In this document: in pieces, positions 12,061-25,337 of the stretch
Numbering within the stretch: position 1 is the first letter of the stretch
Layout: each line of letters begins with the position of its first letter
Assembly: GCA_951406725.2 (NCBI GenBank)
Contig: OX597830.1
Span: 72,292,001 to 72,356,000 of the forward strand
Length of the DNA: 64,000 nt
Source: Octopus vulgaris
Lineage: Eukaryota
Direction: 5' to 3'
Notes under the pieces: model-generated
What the model was told of the DNA's origin: nothing
Databases searched by the model: none
What the model saw: the letters and a program-made list of their open reading frames with translations, nothing else
Made by a program: the position numbers and the translations under genes

Positions 12061-13354
12061 ATGAGAGGAAGGTCATGTTTAGAGGCAATTGGCTAGGATT
12101 GGCACGTTCAATTGTTCCAGCTGTAATGGTCATAAACCAAGAGATCATGACAGAAGTTCTTGGTGAAACTGTTAATGGAACCCGAAGAGAAAATAGGAAG
12201 GCAGAGAGAGAGAGAGAAAGGAAAAAAAAGCAGAAAGAGAGCGTGAGAGTGTGTAGTGGTGGCAGTGGTAATGGAGATGGTAGTGGCGGCGGTGGTGGTG
12301 GTGGTGGTAGTGGTGTAAACGTCGTCCACTACTCGCCTATTGCCTGTCACAGGGGAACACGACTTTCAAGAATACACTCACCCTCCCTCTGCTGTTTACG
12401 AATATACACACATGCAGACATACATATATAGATACACACACATACAAGCATATATACATACATGCACACACACACACACATAATACATATGTGATATATA
12501 TAATACACACACACACACACACAATCTATATTTTGTTTTACAATTTTTCTGCTTTTTGTCTTTCTGATTTTTGCTCCTTCTTTTCTTGCGCTCTTTTTGT
12601 CCTTCTGTTTTGTTCTTCAGTTTCATTCACTCTTTCATTTGTACTTCCATTCTTCTATTCTTTAGTTCTTTCTTTACTCCGTTCATGTCTCATTTTACCT
12701 TTGCCTTCTTTCGTTTTGATGTTGTTGTTTGTCTTTTTCACTCTCTAGCCTCATGTTTCTCTCCAAAGTGTCGCTTACCGCCCCTTTATGCCATAAAGTA
12801 TTCTACACCTCCTACCACGTGTCCGCCTTTTCCGTATCACCCACTCTCTTAATAATAATTTTCTTTTCCTTTTTTCAACAACCTCCCCCATAAACCATTC
12901 ATACCCCGTACTTGTATTTTATTTTATTTTAATTAATTAATTTTTTTTCATTTAATAAAAAAAAATCCCGTCCGGTCCATCCTTCATAATCGCCACCAAA
13001 ACTACCACACACCTTCATATCCCACCAAAGAGCTAATTTCCTGGGGTGTATTCGGTATTCGTGAAGGTTCTGTCGATGATGTTGATGGCTGAAGTTCTTG
13101 TTGTTTGTGTTATGTAGCTTCGGGTCAGTTTTGATCAAGAAGTTCTTATGAGTAGCAGACAAGCAGCTACTTGACGAATCGACACTGATTCATCAACATA
13201 CACTCCTAGTAATTATAGGTCTATGTTTTGCTTTTGTAATTTGATTGCTTATATACTTGATGTGAACTAGTGTGTTGGAGAAAATTTTGTTGTATCTCAG
13301 GAAACAGGAGGGTCACTATGCCAATAACAAACACACCCACTGGTTATAGCTCAC

Positions 13355-13422
<68 letters not shown>

Positions 13423-13425
<3 letters not shown>

Positions 13426-13969
13426 TAGTTTTATTTTTATAGCGTGCTTTCACTTCACTACCGAGCACAGCTCTGTGTGCCTTGGGTATGTGCTGTGATT
13501 AGTTGTGATGGTTATTGTATGGAAAGTGTTCTGCGTAGGATGTGTGCAGTGCCTAGTAGTGCAATTTTCTGTATGCTATATGTGTTTGTAAGTCCTGGTG
13601 TTTTTGTTATGTATTTGTGTGAATATTTTTTTATCATGCCTAATGCACCTACTATGATAGGAATTGTTTCTGTTTTTAGATTCCACATTCTGGTTACCTC
13701 TATTTCCAGGTCTTTGTATTTTGAAAGTTTCTCCATTTCTTTTAGAGACACGTTGTCATCTACTGGTATTGATACATCAATTATAAAGCATTTTGTTTCT
13801 TCATGATTTCTGACGACTATATCTGGTCTGTTGGCCTTAATTTCTCTATCTGTGTGTATCGGCATATCCCAGAGTATGGTTGCTTTCTCGTTTTCTGTGA
13901 CCTTTTCTGGTGTGTGCCTATACCATCTTTTTTCTGTTGTTATTCCATAATGTTGGCATAGCTTCCAGT

Positions 13970-13973
<4 letters not shown>
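13423..13973 (-). mobile_element. 5'-truncated R4/Dong-clade non-LTR retrotransposon (restriction-like endonuclease C-terminus plus 3' UTR) inserted in (TAA)n
   Basis: Uninterrupted frame IHWKLC..WY.H.P..V.EN....ILWD..I.TD....ANRPDIVV...IIDVSIP...KE.EKLSKY.DL..E..R.W......PIIVGALG...IQKIALLGTAHILRRTL, stop at 13512. Flanked by (TTA)n at 13356-13422 and 13971-14026. Confidence 0.9.
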
Positions 13974-14026
<53 letters not shown>

Positions 14027-14319
14027 GTGAGTGAGAGAGCACTACATGCCATCAAAGTGTCACTGGGGTTAAATATACAAAGCCCAGTATACACACGCAT
14101 CAATATGAATCTCCATCTACACATTGATATATATATATATTAATTTACCTATCCTACGTTGCAAAGAGTTCCACGTGTGTATCCCTACCAATGGATTACC
14201 CTGGTAGATAGAATTAATAGGTGTTAGCCGACAAGAAGTAGTGCAGCTTTAACGAACTCATCCCTCTGTTTTTGCCCAAACTGAGCTAACCGGTTATGCG
14301 CCCGCATATAAGTGTGTGT

Positions 14320-14721
14320 ACTCCTTACTCTTTACTCTTTTACTTGTTTCAGTCATTTGACTGCGGCCATGCTGGAGCACCGCCTTTAGTCGAGCAAATC
14401 GACCCCGGGACTTATTCTTTGTAAGCCCAGTACTTATTCTATCGGTCTCTTTTGCCGAACCGCTAAGTGACGGGGACGTAAACACACCAGCATCGGTTAT
14501 CAAGCAATGCTAGGGGGACAAACACAGACACACACACTTATATATATATACATATATACGACGGGCTTCTTTCAGTTTCCGTCTACCAAATCCACTCACA
14601 AGGCATTGGTCGGCCTGGGGCTATAGCAGAAGACACTTGCCCAAGATGCCACGCAGTGGGACTGAACCCGGAACCATGTGGTTGGTTAGCAAGCTACTTA
14701 CCACACAGCCACTCCTGCGCC
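14320..14721 (-). mobile_element. SINE family B full copy
   Basis: Reverse complement of 6037-6447. Confidence 0.92.
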
Positions 14722-15292
14722 TTATATATTTCTTTAAGAGAAAGAATTGACTTTATGACTTAACGTTCTTCAATTCTAAGAAGAAACTCTCAAGCGCATT
14801 ACTTCTCACCAGGCAGATAGAAGATCTCTCCATGTGTTTTTGAATTCTGTATATTACAATATAGTACAAACCGTTTACTTTAATCACGACCATCAGAAAT
14901 GTCATAACTTTCAGGTAAAGGATTGCTATAATTATCATAATTATCTCTTCAGCCATGGAAAATTTATGAAATAAAATCATAATAATGAAGCGACAACATA
15001 TGGCGCAAGAGATAATATAACATTCAATCGATACTCGTCGGTTGATTTAGTGTATGTAGATATCGTTCAATCACAAATGTTACCATACATTGCAGGTGAT
15101 TGTGGAGATAAGCATGGCCAATTGAATTAGATACTCCGTTTGATATATATGGAGCAACAGTTCAAATACTTCGATGACGTTCCTTTGAACTCCAAGAAAG
15201 AAATTCTTTATTCTGCATTAGTATTTTTTCACGTAGCAGTCGGAAATGGGTTATCCATTCAGCCAACAGTCATTCCAGCAATAGAATGGATA

Positions 15293-15687
15293 TCTTTACA
15301 TATAAAAGTGAGGTTGTGTGCTGTCTGTCTCCTACCATTTAGATTCCTAACTACTCCCACATTTTGCGGTGCAGTTTAACCAAAACCGGGTATCTTATAG
15401 TCGTGATACATATCGAACCCTTCTGGGTATTAGGGCGCGTCTACGATGAGTCTACGATTTTAAAAACAATTTACCATCAATTTTTCCCATTTTTAATGCA
15501 TTTTTGGCATATATAAGGGAAGTAACTCTCTAAAAATTTATTATTAAATCTCAGAACGTAAAAAGCTACAGTAACACCCCCCCTTGTGGTTAGCCATATT
15601 GAGATGGCTATTATACTTTACATCTCTAAAAATGCTTATATAGCTATTTCCCTTACAAACCCGAGCAACGCCGGGTGATACTGCTAG
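15293..15687 (+). mobile_element. Non-autonomous Helitron (about 395 bp)
   Basis: A|TC...CTAG|T ends and subterminal hairpin CCCGAGCAACGCCGGG. Copies at 39033-39429, 40111-40250 and 62119-62414. Confidence 0.88.
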
Positions 15688-15769
15688 TTGTTAATAAAGG
15701 ACATATTTAGAAGTGTTAGGTAAATTTACTGGGAAGCAACATTTCTGGCTTTGCAATCACGCTGTTTCG

Positions 15770-16130
15770 CATTAAGTTCCACTGAGCGGCTCCTTTGGCA
15801 AGTGTCTTCTACTATAGCTGTGGAAAATCCGACGCATTATAAGTGAAGTTGATAGACGGAAACTGTATGGAAATCCGTCATGCAAGCGGGCGTGTGTTTA
15901 TATGTGTGTATGCGTATGTGTGTTTCCTCATGTGCGCGTGTGTGCGTGTGTATGTGTATTTGTGTCTGTGTTTCTGCCCCTTACCCGTTGACAACCGGCA
16001 TTTTAGTTTTGTGTACCTCCCCCTAAATTAACGATTAGGTCAAAGAGACCGTTAGAAATAAATCCCAGACGCAAGAAAAAATAATTACTGGGACAGATTT
16101 GCTCAACTAAAACTCCGTAAAGAAGGCTGT
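15770..16130 (+). mobile_element. Old, diverged SINE family B copy
   Basis: tttggcaagtgtcttctactatagc, tagacggaaactg, internal (TG) tract, caaagagaccg. Confidence 0.7.
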
Positions 16131-16340
16131 AATTAAACGAATGAAACAGGTAATTGATAGAAGAATCGATTAAGATATTTTCTACTTTCTTTGGAAAAGA
16201 GATCCCGTGGTTAAACAATGTGTTTTCCCTTAATTACTTGCAAGAAAGAATATTCATCTTACGATTTTGAATGACCTTTATTTTTTATCAGTGATCGATT
16301 ACACACTTCTCATCATCACTGAAGCAGTAGTAACTTATGA

Positions 16341-16606
16341 TAAAATAAAAATAAATGCGCCCTTTTTAAAGCCTAGCCAGGCTCATGGGCCCGATTTCCC
16401 GGTTTCTATGGCGTATACGTTCCTCAGCTGGACGGGACGCCAGTCCATCGCAGCGTTACTCATTTTTTTGCCAGCTGAGTGGACTGGAGCAACGTGAAAT
16501 GAAGTGCTTTGCTCAAGAACATAACGCGTCGCCCGGTCCAGGAATCAAAACCACAATCTTACGATCATGATGCTAGCACCCTAACCACTATGCCACGCGC
16601 CTCCAC
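16341..16606 (-). mobile_element. SINE family D full copy
   Basis: tRNA-like head, CORE-like GTGTT.TTGAGCAAAGCACTT, (TTTA)-type tail. gtaacttat duplicated on both flanks. Confidence 0.88.
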
Positions 16607-16779
16607 GTTGTAACTTATAGTCGATCAGAATTGGTTCACTTTCTGGAAATTTGCATATAGCACAAATATTTACCTCATGTTATGAAAATTAGTGTTGACC
16701 TATTCAGATGTAAATCCATTAGAATTTGGATACCTATAAGACTCAATTTTCCCATTTATTAGGAAAACTGTTTTTACTT

Positions 16780-16980
16780 TATGCCCAAGGCCTGAAATTT
16801 GGGGGAAGGGATCAATTTGACTACATCATCCTTACTACTCAACTGGTACATAATTTATCGACATCAAAAGGATGAAAGGCAAATTCAACCTCAGTGAAAT
16901 TTGAACCCAGAACGTGAAAGCGGAAGAAATGCCGCTAAGCTTTTTATCTGGCTAAGCATTTTATACAGCTTCTGCCAGCA
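16780..16980 (-). mobile_element. Diverged SINE family A copy
   Basis: ggatgaaaggcaaa...aaatttgaacccagaacgt is the reverse complement of the family A core and head. Confidence 0.75.
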
Positions 16981-17846
16981 CGAATTGATATCGCTGCTAT
17001 TATGTTAAACTGTCGCATATCTGAATATGGCCAAATGCGTTTATTTATGTATTTCAATATTTATTTTTGCTTGTAATGGCCGGTTCTTTTGGTCAACCTA
17101 TCGTATCTCCAACTGCTTCAGATGCCAAGATATCAAAAATTGTCAGCGTAGTACAACGGTTTTGTTATGGAATGGTGAAACTAATTTTTCGTTTTCTGAA
17201 AAAGCAACGTTTTGGGCTTACGACACTTTTGCATAATAGTATATAAAACGTAACTATCCAGATCAATACCTCTATGGCTCCATAGAGGAAACATTACGCG
17301 GTTTAATTAATGCATGTGCTTTAGATAGCGGGGTAAAAATTTATGATTACTTAAAACACAAACTCGTAAGAGTATCTTATATCTATGTTAAAACAACGTA
17401 TAGTCCTTCCATGTTATAGAATCCTCGAGAATGAAAGATGAAGGTGGACTCGGTGAGATACGAACTCGAAATATATAGAATCGGAACTAGCATTACCTAG
17501 CACTTTCTTTTTTCCCCGACCACCTAATGATTTTGTTAGTATGTCGCACGTTATACTGATTTAGGTGGAAAGGAAGCAATGTTTGAGGGTAATCTTAGTT
17601 AGATAGACTGTAGTACCTCACTGCAACTTTATTTTATCGATCTCACATAGATGGATGAAACGCAACGCTGACATCGGCGAGATTTTCAAATGGTTTCAAT
17701 TTTGTTCTAAGGTGAGAAATTTCGAGAGGAGGTGTAGTCAGTCCATCGGGAAAACTCTTTCTACAATATGCACAAGGCCTGAAGTTTTGTGTGAGACCTA
17801 CTCAATTACATCGATATCAATGCTGAAATGGTATTATTTTATCCAG

Positions 17847-18076
17847 GCAGCGAGCTGGCAGAAACGTTAGCACGTCAGGCGAAATGCGTAGCCGTATTTC
17901 GTCTGCCGTTACGTTCTGAGTTCAAATTCCGCAGAGGTCGACTTTGGCTTTTATCCTTTCGGGGTCGATAAATTAAGTACCAGTTACGCACTGGGGTCGA
18001 TGTAATCGGCTTAATCCGTTTGTCTGTCCTTGTTTGTCCCCTCTGTTTTTAGCCCCTTGTGGGTAGTAAAGAAATA
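17847..18076 (+). mobile_element. SINE family A full copy with 17-bp TSD
   Basis: TSD ggtattattttatccag at 17830-17846 and 18077-18093. Confidence 0.92.
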
Positions 18077-18770
18077 GGTATTATTTTATCCAGCTAAAAG
18101 GGACGATAGTAAAAACCATCGCAGACGTGGAAATTCTACATTTACTAATAGTTTTTGTTTCTTTTCTAATGCATAAATTGCTGGATCTTCATAACATTGT
18201 TCAAGTATGTGAAATATTTCGATTATGTCTTCCGTGGTATTCCATAGTAAGATTATTGAAAGCTTAACACCCGGAACATGTTTCATTATGCTAAATATTT
18301 CGATAATATCTTCCATTTCCTTTTCTATGATAAGCGCAACACGGGAACACATGTAGTGACAAGAATAATAATATTGGAGATAATCAGCAGAATCGACACC
18401 CGTATATAATATCATAAGACATGCAAAAAAACAAAGAAGGAAGAAAGAAAAAAATACAATATCTACATCGGTAAGTGGGGGCGGATTTTAACTTTATTAC
18501 AGGGTAATATATAGCAAATAGATGTAATCACTAAGGATCTAGGGCGGGATTTTTGTCTAAAAGAATACCGCCTGGCTTTCCGGAAAAAAATAAAATCTTT
18601 CTTTCATGTAGACTAATTAACATTTTTGAACAAGATCTTTATACAGTTTCGGATTCTTATCTCAGAGATATGCATATATTTATATATTTGTTGATATCAC
18701 TTAAACAGTATCATTTTACTTCACATCTGGGCAATCCACTATCAGGCGAATGGAAATGCAAGTTTTGTTC

Positions 18771-18835
<65 letters not shown>

Positions 18836-18925
18836 ATATATTATTTGAAGCAACATATATTTGCAGCGTTATAGATTGATAGACTCAAAAGCAAAATGGA
18901 AGAAAACGAAGATTTAGTCTTAGCA

Positions 18926-19013
18926 TTCTTCTTCTTCTTCTTCTTCTTCTTCTTCTTCTTCTTCTTCTTCTTCTTCTTCTTCTTCTTCTTCTTCTTCTTC
19001 TTCTTCTTCCCTT

Positions 19014-19077
<64 letters not shown>
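18926..19077. repeat. Compound (TTC)n(CTA)n microsatellite
   Basis: Read directly. Confidence 0.97.
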
Positions 19078-19099
19078 GCCGCTGCAGTATATATATATT

Positions 19100-19300
19100 C
19101 AATATGTGACCGCGTGTGTATCGTTGGCGATTTTCCTCCGTCTTCCCTTCCTTGGACCTTTCCTTTTTCTATGTTTCTGACGAAGAGCTCCGCTCGAAAC
19201 GTTAAATCCTCCTTCTTTCTTTCCTTTCCTAAGCGTCCAATAACACAATACTTGTTCCACGTCCTCGCATTGTTGTGTTTTCATGTTTGGATTAACTATA
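19100..19300 (+). mobile_element. About 200-bp non-coding interspersed element carrying a minimal hammerhead motif (Penelope pLTR / retrozyme-like)
   Basis: Second copy at 29650-29850. Both end tttggattaa(g)ctata next to (TA)n. Confidence 0.75.
19171..19208 (+). ncRNA. Minimal type-I hammerhead ribozyme motif
   Basis: gttt CTGACGA a gagc tcc gctc GAAA cg TT aaat: intact core, 4-bp stem II, palindromic ACGU stem III, short stem I. Confidence 0.7.
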
Positions 19301-19334
19301 AAAATATCTATATCTATATCTCTTTATATATATG

Positions 19335-19463
<129 letters not shown>

Positions 19464-20092
19464 TTGGACGTTTATTGTATCAGGCTAGATGAGAGTTGTA
19501 TTCTAACCGCATGCTCTGCTTCTCTACATTTTTGAATTATTTGGCTAGTCTAGCCAATTCTATTAGAAAGAGGAATAAAAAAAAATTCAACGACTTCAAT
19601 AATTGATTGGTACTTTAGTCAATGAGCGCGGTTAATCTCCGCATTAAAACCCTACCTGAGCAAGGGCTGCTTTATTGCCTCCCGTTAAAAGTATGCAGTC
19701 TTAAAAAATTATACACTGTGGGAAATTTCTGTGATTTTCTGGAAATTTAACAAAATTTTCAAGTAAATTTTTTTGGCTAAATCCTTCATTTAGAGATTCT
19801 TTTATGTTCCATATTCCGTCCCACAATGCGGTACTTAGAGCAAAGGAAGAACCACAAAACATATTTGTTAAAATATCAAATAAGTTTTATTTATTTTTAG
19901 AGTATTAACTGCTTTCCTGTTTTTAATTTTAGCATGTAAAGTAGGGTTAGTTTAACAATCTGACCATTAGTCGAGTATATTTTCTATAAGGTTTTTTTTC
20001 GCTGAACCACTAAGTAAAGGTACGTAAAACATTATCAATACCGATTACCAAGCAGCACAAAGACCCATACGCAAACATACAGATCGATACGC

Positions 20093-20195
20093 ACATACAT
20101 ACATACATACATACATACATACATACATACATACATACATACATACATACATACATACATACATACATACATACATACATACTTACATACATACA
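20093..20195. repeat. (CATA)n microsatellite
   Basis: Read directly. Confidence 0.97.
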
Positions 20196-21122
20196 TGCAT
20201 AAATCTGGAAAGGTAGAGATGTTCAGAGAAAGTACCCCTTCAGCTAACATCGAAATACGATCTGTAAACGGAGCAGAGATAAAATGTAAGACTTTTTTTC
20301 TTTCTCCAGTTCAAAATGTAACATTGTTTTCGTCATCAACATTTCAAAGATTAGCGCTTTATACCATTTATGGAAAGCAGCACCTACCTTACAAGAAGCC
20401 TTGAAATAAATAGATAGTAGAGAACATACATAAATACATCCATCAATCCATACATACATACATACATACATACATACATACATACATACATACATTCATA
20501 TACACACACTCACACACATATATACAAGAATACATACACGTACAAGAAATTACACACACACACACACACACATATAAATATATATATAACATTTTTCTGC
20601 ATATAAAAATGTCAGGTAGGGCTACATGAATACATCGTTGGCCCACTACTACACCCCATGGGATACAACTGGTGGGATTATTAAAGCCACCGTAACGTAT
20701 GAGATATAAATACGCATATCAACAAAATTATATATTGTTCATGAGCTCACTTTAGTATCTAACTTCAAATAAACGGCGAAAAGATCAGATGTGGGACCTA
20801 CTCACACCAAAGTGTATCAGGGGTTTTCACATTTGATATCACGGGATCATCTCAGATAAAGAATGTTTTTTAGACAAGAAAAAGGGAAGAGGAAAATAGA
20901 AATTATAAAAAGACACATCAGTTGTATATATTTGATATAATTGATATGCTTATCCTTTATTTTACCCATTTCTCAAGTGTGCACGGTGAACTAAGTGACA
21001 CTCCTTAAATGGATATATACATTGATATGCACAGAAACATTCAGGGATGTATATATACATACATACACACATATATAGAAACGTACATACACATGTATAT
21101 ATATATGTGTGTGTGTGTGTGA

Positions 21123-21162
<40 letters not shown>

Positions 21163-21337
21163 ATATATACATATATATGTGTGTGCGTGCGTGTGTTATG
21201 TACATGTATGTATATGGATATACATACTTTAAATACGTACATATAAACATATTACCGATGCGAATGGGGGTTCAAGTGTCTAGGTTGCAAAGCTGAATAT
21301 AATGAATGTAAACATACATACTTTATACATACATACA

Positions 21338-21382
<45 letters not shown>

Positions 21383-21463
21383 TCATTTGTGTATATACAT
21401 ATATGTATATATACACACATACACACACACACACATATATATATATGTGTTTGTGTGTATGTC

Positions 21464-21511
<48 letters not shown>

Positions 21512-21866
21512 ATGTGTGCGTATATGCAAATGTGTGTCTGCTTTGCTATACGTGGGTATGTGTTGGGCAATCGTCGCCTCTGCTACGGAAACAAGTCTTC
21601 AGATAGTAACAGGTGTCAACTTTCACAGTCCTACTCTCTGCCCAAACCAGAATTAATATAACGCGATAATGTAATGCAAACAATAATCTCCCTTATTAGC
21701 AATCTCTTTACTGGTTCAACTCGGTTCAGATCATTGATATTTTCTGGGTTTTGTTTTATTTTATTTACACTAAGTTTCCTTATTTGCAACATGATTACAC
21801 ACACATATATATATTTATATATATCGGTATATATATATAGATATACATACATACATACATACATAC

Positions 21867-21939
<73 letters not shown>

Positions 21940-22090
21940 CAACCAATAAGGGTGAGAATATTGGATACTAATTTAATAGTACATCCATTTAACACCAAGT
22001 GGCTTAGTGTATAAAAAACCTGGATTTCGATAAATTTTATACATAAATATAAGAGAGTAGCCACTATGTGGTCGACTATACTTACACTGA
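21940..22090. mobile_element. Short (TA)n-embedded repeat related to 62505-62650
   Basis: Shares agggtga.aa..ggata.taatttaata..catc.attta.cacca.gtggc...gtataaaa and ccactatgtgg with 62505-62650. Confidence 0.6.
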
Positions 22091-22141
22091 TATATATATA
22101 TATATATATATATACAAATACATATATATGTATATGTTTAT

Positions 22142-22173
<32 letters not shown>

Positions 22174-22900
22174 GTATATGTATGTATATAAACGTATGAA
22201 TATATATGTATATGTATATCTATACATATATAATGTATATATATATGTATATATGTATATTTATATACATATAGATATATATGTAAATGTATATCTATAC
22301 ATACGTATGTATATCTATACATACGTATAAATATACATACATACAGAAGAGAAAAGTACATAGAGAGAGAGAGAAACAGAGAGAGAGAGGGGGAATCTCA
22401 ATATTAGTGAAGTACTGGACTGTTCAATTTCTTACTTTATACTCCTGCCTTCGAGTGCTTTGGAACTAAAATATAAACTGGAATATTTTTGCACTTATTC
22501 GTTCTGGTGCGAACAGAGCGGCGTGTCTCGTCCTCTGTATGTACTCACACACGCACACAAACACACATATATAATAATAACTGAATTACTAAATTACTGG
22601 GCACCGGTTGTGAAGCTATGGGGTGAGCATCAAACACATACATTAAAACACACCCATACTTATATGAGACGTCGTTTTACGCAGCTTGCAACTACCACAT
22701 TCAAAGGGCATAGGTTAACTCAGGTCTTTAGTTGAGGACGATTAGCCAAGATATATCGCTCTGGGGCTGAACTCAAAACCATGCGGTACCAAAGCGAATT
22801 TCTTTAGTATATAGCTATGTAAACACGATATAACGATTGCTTGATTAAGGACAAGGTGGTGTCACATATACGGGTAAAGCTAGAACCGATCACATCTGCT

Positions 22901-23165
22901 CAGGGGTGTAGCTAGGATCAGGTAAGTAGGGCGCCACTATAAGAGAGGCGCAATTTTGGTCAAGATCATTTTCTAATTAAGCCATTAAGAAAAAAAAATT
23001 AAACCTTTTCAGGTATGGTTTATTTCGCTAATCACCATCTATGCCTCTGGACAGAATAGTTGTTCTTACTTGATACTACAAAGTGCATGCGCTGCTTTTT
23101 GGTTGTGGTGGGGGGTGCAATTTTGATGCTTGCCCGGGGCGCCATATACCTTACCTACGCCCCTG
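22901..23165. mobile_element. hAT-type MITE
   Basis: TIRs CAGGGGTGTAGCTAGG / CCTTACCTACGCCCCTG. Degenerate 8-bp TSD catctgct / tatctgcc. Confidence 0.75.
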
Positions 23166-23429
23166 TATCTGCCCTGCGGTATATGAAAACTCCCGTAATG
23201 TTATCGAACGTGGAAAAAAAATGAAAAAAAATATACAGCTCAACAGACTTTGAAGTTATAACATAATCAGAAGACAACTACACAATTTGAGGAAAGAACG
23301 ATCATCGATCATATAGAATCCAGGACAATGGTGGACAAAATAGGCATCATAGGACTTGAACCCAGAAGGCAAAAGAAGAGATATAGCTAAAATCTGGAAG
23401 AGATATTTGCCGTCACTATCCACTAAGAC

Positions 23430-23760
23430 AACATCATAAGCGGAAAGTGTAACCTCTCGAAAGAGCTGTTCTTCACTCCTGCTCCAGAGCGTCGGCTGCG
23501 GGGTCATTCCGAAAAGCTCTACCTGCGACGATTTCATCTCAATCGAAGGAGAGGAGCTTTCTCCGTCCGGGTTGCGGATCCGTGGAACAAGCTGCCAGAC
23601 GAGATGGTGAAGATGCCGACGACCGCTTTGTTCAAAGCCTCCCTGGACCTCAAGTGGCCTGAACTCTTTACATGAACACCACCCTGTACTTAACTCCATG
23701 TCCCCCTACATGGCCTTGCTATTTGCTTTTGAGCCAAATTAACTAACTAACTAACTAACT
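23430..23760 (+). mobile_element. CR1-type LINE 3' end (ORF2 C-terminus, 3' UTR, (AACT)n tail)
   Basis: + frame NIISGKCNLSKELFFTPAPERRLRGHSEKLYLRRFHLNRRRGAFSVRVADPWNKLPDEMVKMPTTALFKASLDLKWPELFT*, followed by a (taac)n terminal repeat. Confidence 0.85.
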
Positions 23761-24039
23761 TCTCCTTGTCGCGCCATAGATTAGCATATATGTGCATAAA
23801 GAGAAAGGCGGAACTACATAAATGTGTCTGGGGTAGAATACCTTCTGTTTGTTATCGGAATTCATCTGAGCAGAAAATTATGGGAGAAAAATTTGGATTT
23901 CTTCATATATATATATATAGGTTTCGGTAACTTAATATATCAGTATATTTTTACACTTTATGCATTAGTGTATATATTTTTCATTATATTACTTGATTCA
24001 TTAAATGAATATTTCAATTAAATTATTTTGTCTTGACTT

Positions 24040-24060
24040 CCTCTTCTTCTTCTTCTTCTT

Positions 24061-24152
<92 letters not shown>

Positions 24153-24271
24153 CCTTGTTCTTCTTCTTTTCATCTTCATTATCATTTTCATCATCATTAT
24201 TATCATCATCGTCATCATCATCATTACCTCGTCGTCGTCGTTGTCATCATTACCATCATCATCACCACCAC

Positions 24272-24346
<75 letters not shown>

Positions 24347-24420
24347 CATTCTTATCATCATCACCGACATCAACACTATCAGGATCATCATTGTCGTCGT
24401 CGTTGTCACCGTCATCGTAT
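24040..24420. repeat. Compound trinucleotide microsatellite (TTC)n(TTA)n(CAT)n
   Basis: Read directly. Confidence 0.97.
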
Positions 24421-24817
24421 GTGTTATTATCAATACTAGCAGTTCAAATTTTGACAATGTCAACTTCGCCTTTCAAGCCTTTCGAGCGTTATATTATTTT
24501 AATATAACACTGAAATACGGGAGCCTGCTTAAATACAATGATAATTATCATTTTTGTTATTGTTTGTTGTTATTGCTAGCAAATGCATGTGTTATTTAAT
24601 AAGCAGAAGTAAAAATTTCTTGTAATGTCATATTGGCTGTGAGACAAGAAATATCTAATTTCCGGTAAATATCGTTTACTTGCTTATATTATACTTGCTT
24701 ATATATACTTGAACTGGTTTGTAATTCTAATTGGGGCTTCTTATTTATGCATATACACAACCATACATACACACATGCATACACAGACGAAAATAGAAGC
24801 AGAAATTTACTTAAATA

Positions 24818-24982
24818 GGCGCAGGAGTGGCTGTGTGGTAAGTAGCTTGCTTACCAACCACATGGTTCCGGGTTCAGTCCCACTGCGTGGCATCTTGGGC
24901 AAGTGTCTTCTGCTATAGCCCCGGGCCGACCAATGCCTTGTGAGTGGATTTGGGAGACGGAAACTGAAAGAAGCCCGTCGTA

Positions 24983-25015
<33 letters not shown>

Positions 25016-25252
25016 GCGTGTGTGTGTGTTTGTGTGTCTGTAATTGTCCCTCGAGCATTGCTTGACAACCGATGCTGGTGTGTTTATGTCCCCGTAACTT
25101 AGCGATTCGGCAAAAGAGACCGATAGAATAAGTACTGGGCTTACAAAAAGAGTAAGTCCCAGGGTCGAGTTGCTCGATTAAAGGCGGTGCTCCAGCATGG
25201 CCGCAGTCAAATGATTGAAACAAGTAAAAGAGAGTAAAAGAGAGTAAAAGAG
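24818..25252 (+). mobile_element. SINE family B full copy
   Basis: Complete head to (GTAAAAGAGA)n tail. Confidence 0.92.
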
Positions 25253-25299
25253 AATATATATACATATACATTTATACAAACATACATACATATATGTAT

Positions 25300-25337
<38 letters not shown>

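Noticed and set aside
20780-20860. Possible hammerhead on the minus strand (ctgagatga...gatacac)
   Set aside because: The core is altered at both halves and stem II does not pair convincingly.
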